The notes beneath the pieces are model-generated. The model made no database searches and was not told where the DNA came from. It saw only the letters and a program-made list of their open reading frames with translations. Positions 58,236-64,000 of a stretch of 64,000 bases of DNA are shown one piece after another (positions within the stretch are counted from its first letter, which is position 1; every line of letters starts with the position of its first letter). A program made the position numbers and the translations under genes. Source of the DNA: Macrostomum hystrix (taxonomy: Eukaryota > Animalia > Platyhelminthes); contig CATNEN010000024.1 of assembly GCA_950097015.1 (NCBI GenBank), positions 4,092,001-4,156,000 on the forward strand. Reading direction: 5' to 3'.

Positions 58236-60017
58236 TCACTAAAAATAAGTCCTAAACTCGAAATATAATTTTCTAAATTTTAAATCCCAAATTCGAAGTC
58301 CGAACCGAAACCGAAAATTCTAAATGTTTTTTGCATAAATAAAATCTTGTGTATTTTGGTAGCAATGAAAAAAACTATTTTTGTCGTTTTTTTAACTCTG
58401 TAAAACCGTTATTTTCGCGTTGAATTTGCTAATTAACACTGAAAAATGCTATGAAACTGCACTATTAAAAGCACAAACATTTTTCTTGTCAACAAATTTT
58501 CGCCGAGTTTTGAGCAACGTACTTTCGGCCTTCTAAGAACTTATTCTGTTACCCAAAATCCACATTATCCCTAATCCCCTAATCCCCTAATCCCAAAATA
58601 TTACTAATCAAATCGAATAAGATAAAGTCATTGAAGCTTTGCCTCCTGTTTTCTATTTCTAAACTTTTTATCGGTCCTTTTATTCCCCACTGTTTTAGGG
58701 ATATTTTGGGTCACTTCCAGATCCTATTAGCAATGTCTCATGATCCTCATTCCTTAAGCCCAGAAGTTGTGCAGCTGTACAGTTGAGCACACCTCATCAG
58801 AATTCGCTCTTATAATTAGTTGTGCAATGTAATTACACGCAGATCATCTATCTATGTTTGCACATCTGTTGGGTATCCGTGTTTGTATAATGGTATCGCC
58901 ATTGTGAATCATTGAAGCTTTGTTAAGCTAAAGATAATAACAAATTATATAATATACTTCTCTATCCTATAGAAAAATGTAATCATTTTTTTCTGAGTTA
59001 ATTTTATTTATTGACATAGTAATATTAGCAGCAACAACAATAGACTGGTCCTGTGGCATGCTCATTGGCATTACGCTCGTACTAGCGGGCGAGGACATGT
59101 GAGTATGAGATGGTTCTTCCGGGATAAACATAACTTGGGATTTGGTATTAGTGCAATGCCCTGCGCGACAGGCAATCTATAATCCTCGGAGAAGATTTTC
59201 TAGGGAAAGAGAAACACTTACGAGCTACTAGAGGCCCACTCTTATATGCACACTTTCGACTTGTGTAACCAGCGGCAGCAGCGGCTTAAGCCTTCGGTGT
59301 AAGAGAGCAGAAGCAGCAATGAGGTGGCGGAGGAGTGGGTTGGACGATTAGGTCAAACAGTGAAAACACGTATGACCAGTCAGGGACCAAATCCAGAACC
59401 AGTTCCTAAAGAGGGGAAAAGAGAGAGAGGAAAATAAAAGTTTATTCGCGACACAAGCTTCACTCACACTGCCCGGCAATGTTGTCTCACCCGCTGAAAT
59501 CCTCTGGGGAAATGAGTGGATTTCTGCGGTTGGGGTGGATCTTGGAGATGCACAAGATACGGGATAGAAATCATGATGAGTTACGACTGTTTGTGAGGCC
59601 CCAGCTACCACTCCGCCAGGTCCCAAACGCCCGATCTTGAAAAAAAACATTTTCAATCGGCACTTTTTGCCTCGCCAGAAATCAGACATTGCGGATAGAG
59701 GACGCTTATTATAAATTCAAATGAAGAGAGAACCTGAGAAGAATGACTTACACTCGTAAGCAACGCAGTTGGGTGAGCAGGACCTCTATTATTTATCTAA
59801 GTCTGTAGGATAAAATATGAATTCCTATGCACACCTTGCATGTACAAACTAAAACTTGATTATTTCTGTAACTTAATTTGCATCATAAAAATTTTCACAA
59901 GTCCCAACACATTCTAATAATTAAGATTAAATCTAATTAGTTCATTAATCTAAAAAAATCTTTCTGATTCACTCTAAAATAGAGTAGATTTACTATGATA
60001 TATAGTCAATTCACTCA

Positions 60018-61075
60018 AGTGTCTGGTAGATTCAATCTAATATCTGGTAGATTTACAATAGTGTCTGGTAGATTCAATCTAATATCTGGTAGATTCACAC
60101 TAGTGTCTGGTAGATTCAATCTAATATCTGGTAGATTCAATCTAATATCTGGTAGATTTACACTAGTGTCTGGTAGATTCAATCTAATATCTGGTAGATT
60201 CAATCTAATATCTGGTAGATTTACACTAGAGTCTGGTAGATTCAATCTAATATCTGGTAGATTCAATCTAATATCTGGTAGATTTACACTAGTGTCTGGT
60301 AGATTCAATCTAATATCTGGTAGATTTACACTAGCGTCTGGTAGATTCAATCAAATATCTGGTAGATTCAATCTAATATCTGGTAGATTTACACTAGCGT
60401 CTGGTAGATTCAATCTAATATCTGGTAGATTTACACTAGCGTCTGGTAGATTCAATCAAATATCTGGTAGATTCAATCTAATATCTGGTAGATTTACACT
60501 AGCGTCTGGTAGATTCAATCTAATATCTGGTAGATTTACACTAGCGTCTGGTAGATTCAATCTAATATCTGGTAGATTTACACTAGCGTCTGGTAGATTC
60601 AATCTAATATCTGGTAGATTCAATCTAATATCTGGTAGATTCAATCTAATGTCTGGTAGATTCAATCTAATATCTGGTAGATTCAATCTAATATCTGGTA
60701 GATTCAATCTAATATCTGGTAGATTCAATCTAATATCTGGTAGATTCAATCTAATATCTGGTAGATTCAATCTAATATCTGGTAGATTCAATCAAATATC
60801 TGGTAGATTCAATCTAATATCTGGTAGATTCAATCTAATATCTGGTAGATTCAATCTAATATCTGGTAGATTCAATCAAATATCTGGTAGATTCAATCAA
60901 ATATCTGGTAGATTCAATCTAATATCTGGTAGATTCAATCTAATATCTGGTAGATTCAATCTAATATCTGGTGGATTCAATCTAATATCTGGTAGATTCA
61001 ATCTAATATCTGGTAGATTCACTCTTATATCTGGTAGATTCACTCTTATATCTGGTAGATTTGATCCAAATATCT
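60018..61075. repeat. Minisatellite, 21-bp unit TCTGGTAGATTCAATCTAATA (alternate unit TCTGGTAGATTTACACTAGYG), ~50 copies
   Basis: Periodicity read directly. Confidence 0.97.
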
Positions 61076-61567
61076 GTAACCAGAAAACGAATGAACGCTC
61101 ATCTACAAAAGAAGTTCTGGAGTAGGTTTCCAATACAGGCTTGAATAATGCACTTGAGTTGAATGAATATGAAATCCACATTTTTATCAATTTATTTGTA
61201 TTGAATTCTGCAAATTGTTATTGCTTAAGTTTTACAGCGATTAACAACTTGAATTCTCGAAACAGAAAAATCGACAGGAGTGAGATAATGAGAGAATAAA
61301 ATGTCGGCTATAATCTTACGCAGATAAAAGAACTTCAGTACTTTGGCTAACTCTATGGCGATACTCAGGAAAAAAACTTTCTTTTTGACAGCTGTGCGAA
61401 CAGAAAATCGGAGAGAAAACTCAAATATAAACAATGGACTGCAATGGATCGGATTAGAGATAAGCTAAGAGTAACAATACTTATAATTGCTAAATAGGAC
61501 AAAGCAGCCAGTTACCAAGAGGACTTCGGTTAATACGGATTTGGGGATGGGATTAGGGAGCAAAAGA

Positions 61568-61918
61568 TGGGATTAGGGGATAATGGCGAGGGTGGGATTA
61601 GGGGATAATGGTGAGGGTGGGATTAGGGGATAATGGTGAGGATGGGATTAGGGGATAATGGTGAGGGTGGGATTAGGGGATAATGGTGAGGGTGGGATTA
61701 GGGGATAATGGTGAGGGTGGGATTAGGGGATAATGGTGAGGGTGGGATTAGGGGATAATGGTGAGGATGGGATTAGGGGATAATGGTGAGGGTGGGATTA
61801 GGGGATAATGGTGAGGGTGGTATTAGGGGATAACGGTGAGGATGGGATTAGGTGATAATGGTGAGGGTGGGATTAGGGGATAATGGTGAGGGTGGGATCA
61901 GGGGATAATGGTGAGGGT
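61568..61918. repeat. G-rich minisatellite, 25-bp unit GGGATTAGGGGATAATGGTGAGGGT, ~14 copies
   Basis: Period 25 (61571, 61596, 61621); begins ~50 nt past the FN3 gene stop. Confidence 0.95.
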
Positions 61919-61965
61919 TTCCGAATTCTGCATTGTAGGGCAGGTGACAGAGGCTAGTCAGGTGG

Positions 61966-62108
61966 CTAGTCAAGCAGGGTCAGCCTCTGCAGCAGGGCTG
62001 CCACCAGTGCTGCCAGGAGGCCGAACGCCAGCATGCAGGCTAGCGCGGCTCGAGTCTCCTGACTGAGCCACACAGCTGGACGTTTCCAACAGGATTGACC
62101 GGCGGGTT

Positions 62109-62148
<40 letters not shown>

Positions 62149-62373
62149 TTGTTGCTGCTGCTGATCCGCGGACAATACCGCAGCTCCGGTTGCAGTCGCA
62201 GAGGACAAGCTGTTAGTTAATTTTTTAGTAGCGAACGAAATAGGATGGGAATAATAGCTGGTTAGTTGTTCCCCGGTGTCGGCGCAGCGGCGAGTGACGG
62301 CCACCCGGGCCTGATAGTCGGCCCCAGGCCGCAGGCCGGTCAGCCGGCAGGACTGCTCGTGACCGCGGTACAC
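61966..62373 (-). CDS. Terminal exon of a fibronectin type III protein with a C-terminal transmembrane helix (FNDC3-like); upstream exons not found in the window
   Basis: Acceptor GCCGCAG then VYRG...CRLTGLRPGADYQARV....SY.SHP..F.T (end of an FN3 domain), Q17, hydrophobic helix AALACMLAFGLLAALVAALL, stop. FNDC3 assignment inferred from architecture. Confidence 0.7.
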
Positions 62374-62484
62374 CTGCGGCGAGCGGATGCGCGCGAAGGA
62401 GCTTGGCTATTGTATCAGATTGTAAATACGGAAGCGCTTTATAATAACTGCACTATTCTACCTGGGCTAGAGCAGTGGAGATGG

Positions 62485-63005
62485 AGTGCTGGAGGTAGAG
62501 TGTTGGAGGGAGGAGGTAGAGTGGAGGAGGGAGGAGCTAGAGTGGAGGAGGGAGGAGCTAGAGTGGAGGAGGTAGGAGGTAGAGTGGAGGAGGGAGGAAG
62601 TAGAGTGTGGAAGTAGAGTGGAGGAAGTAGAGTGGAGGAAGTAGAGTGGAGGAAGTAGAGTGTTGGAGGGAGGAAGTAGAGTGGAGGAGCTAGAGTGGAG
62701 GAGGGAGAAGGTAGAGTGGAGGAAGGAGAAGGTAGAGTGGAGGAAGGAGAAGGTAGAGTGGAGGAAGGAGAAGGTAGAGTGGAGGAAGGAGAAGGTAGAG
62801 TGGAGGAAGGAGAAGGTAGAGTGGAGGAAGGAGAATGTAGAGTGGAGGAAGGAGAAGGTAGAGTGGAGGAAGGAGAAGGTAGAGTGGAGGAAGAAGAAGG
62901 TAGAGTGGAGGAAGGAGAAGGTAGAGTGGAGGAAGGAGAAGGTAGAGTGGAGGAAGGAGAAGGTAGAGTGGAGGAAGGAGAAGGTAGAGTGGAGGAGGGA
63001 GGAGG
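62485..63005. repeat. Purine-rich minisatellite, 21/18-bp unit GGTAGAGTGGAGGAAGGAGAA, in the intron of the FN3 gene
   Basis: Periodicity read directly. Confidence 0.94.
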
Positions 63006-63574
63006 CAGTCTGGAATGTAGGCGGAAGTGAGATGCGATGCAGATGCACGAGCACTCTGGACGTAATGACGTATCAATTTAATGATACGTCAATGACATTT
63101 GAAAACGGACTAGCAATGAGCAGTGACCACACTAGTGAACTATTAGATAGGACATGAGAATTTTTATAATTGGCCCTGAACTCGAGTAGGCAAAGAAAGA
63201 GTGAAATAATTTACGAGGGTACTATGCGGCAATCGGAAATTCAGTCGGCGGTAGAGAAGGGTGCAAATGATAGTGCAATTTTGGGTAAATGAACAGTCTG
63301 CCTGAGTGTCAGAGAGGCAGAATCTTTGGCGAAACCAGGGCTCAATTAGCAGGGCTTGGGCAAGCTAGAGCTCTCATAACGTGACTAGGAGGAACTTTAT
63401 TCGATATTGAAATAATCCTAAACTAAACAAGACATCTTAAAAATTATTTGACGAGTAAAAAGTCCTGGAGAAAGAGAGAGACCACAAGACATGCACAAAA
63501 AACGTGCGGCAAAATGGCTTGGCAGTCCTACAGTTAAAGAAACTTGAAAGGAACAGACTTGATGACCGAGTAGA

Positions 63575-64000
63575 AAGAGCGGAGAAGAGAGCGGAGAAGA
63601 AGAGAGCGGAGAAGAAGAGAGCGGAGAAGAAGAGAGCGGAGAAGAAGAGAGCGGAGAAGAAGAGGGCGGAGAAGAAGAGAGCGGAGAAGAAGAGGGCGGA
63701 GAAGAAGAGAGCGGAGAAGAGAGCGGAGAAGAAGAGAGCGGAGAAGAGAGCGGAGAAGAAGAGAGCGGAGAAGAGAGCGGAGAAGAAGAGAGTGGAGAAG
63801 AGAGCGGAGAAGAAGAGAGCGGAGAAGAAGAGAGCGGAGAAGAGAGCGGAGAAGAGAGTGGAGAAGAAGAGAGCGGAGAAGAGAGCGGAGAAGAGAGTGG
63901 AGAAGAAGAGAGCGGAGAAGAAGAGAGCGGAGAAGAGAGCGGAGAAGAGAGCGGAGAAGAGAGCGGAGAAGAGAGCGGAGAAGAGAGCGGAGAAGAGAGC
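63575..64000. repeat. Purine-rich repeat, 15/12-bp unit AGAGCGGAGAAG(AAG), continuing to the window end
   Basis: Periodicity read directly. Confidence 0.95.

Noticed and set aside
59040-59110. CATG-centred decamers resembling p53 half-sites
   Set aside because: The matches are imperfect and ~30 bp apart; expected by chance.
45027-63157. Repetitive ORFs at 45027, 46043-47291, 49296, 53638-54914, 57127, 59995-61190 and 62467-63157
   Set aside because: Repeat or low-complexity translations with no coding hallmarks.

Overview
Eukaryotic (animal) genomic DNA with GT-AG introns, not prokaryotic. Short GC-rich exons, introns filled with 18-55 bp minisatellites and a TTAGGG tract are most consistent with a free-living flatworm such as Macrostomum; the species is inferred, not shown. 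Nine protein-coding genes were reconstructed by hand with frame-consistent splice sites. Cystathionine gamma-lyase (-) is head-to-head with ataxin-3 (+). Ataxin-3 begins a run of six co-directional housekeeping genes: ATXN3, MRPS14, an S9 peptidase, a TIF1-like RING-B-box-PHD protein, IMP3 and DAXX. These are followed by a peptide-type GPCR (+) and the last exon of an FN3/transmembrane protein (-). About 30 distinct tandem arrays are present, including an 11.7 kb array of a 31-bp unit between IMP3 and DAXX. There are two tRNA-derived SINE families, each with one full-length copy flanked by a target-site duplication. Most long ORFs in the supplied track are artefacts of these repeats. The leading hypotheses are a repeat-inflated, possibly SL-trans-spliced operon in which DAXX may take its start codon from the spliced leader, and a process that inflates small introns with locus-specific minisatellites sharing a GGGAT/ATCCC core. 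No rRNA, intact tRNA, CRISPR array or autonomous transposon was found. Array boundaries and copy numbers are hand estimates.
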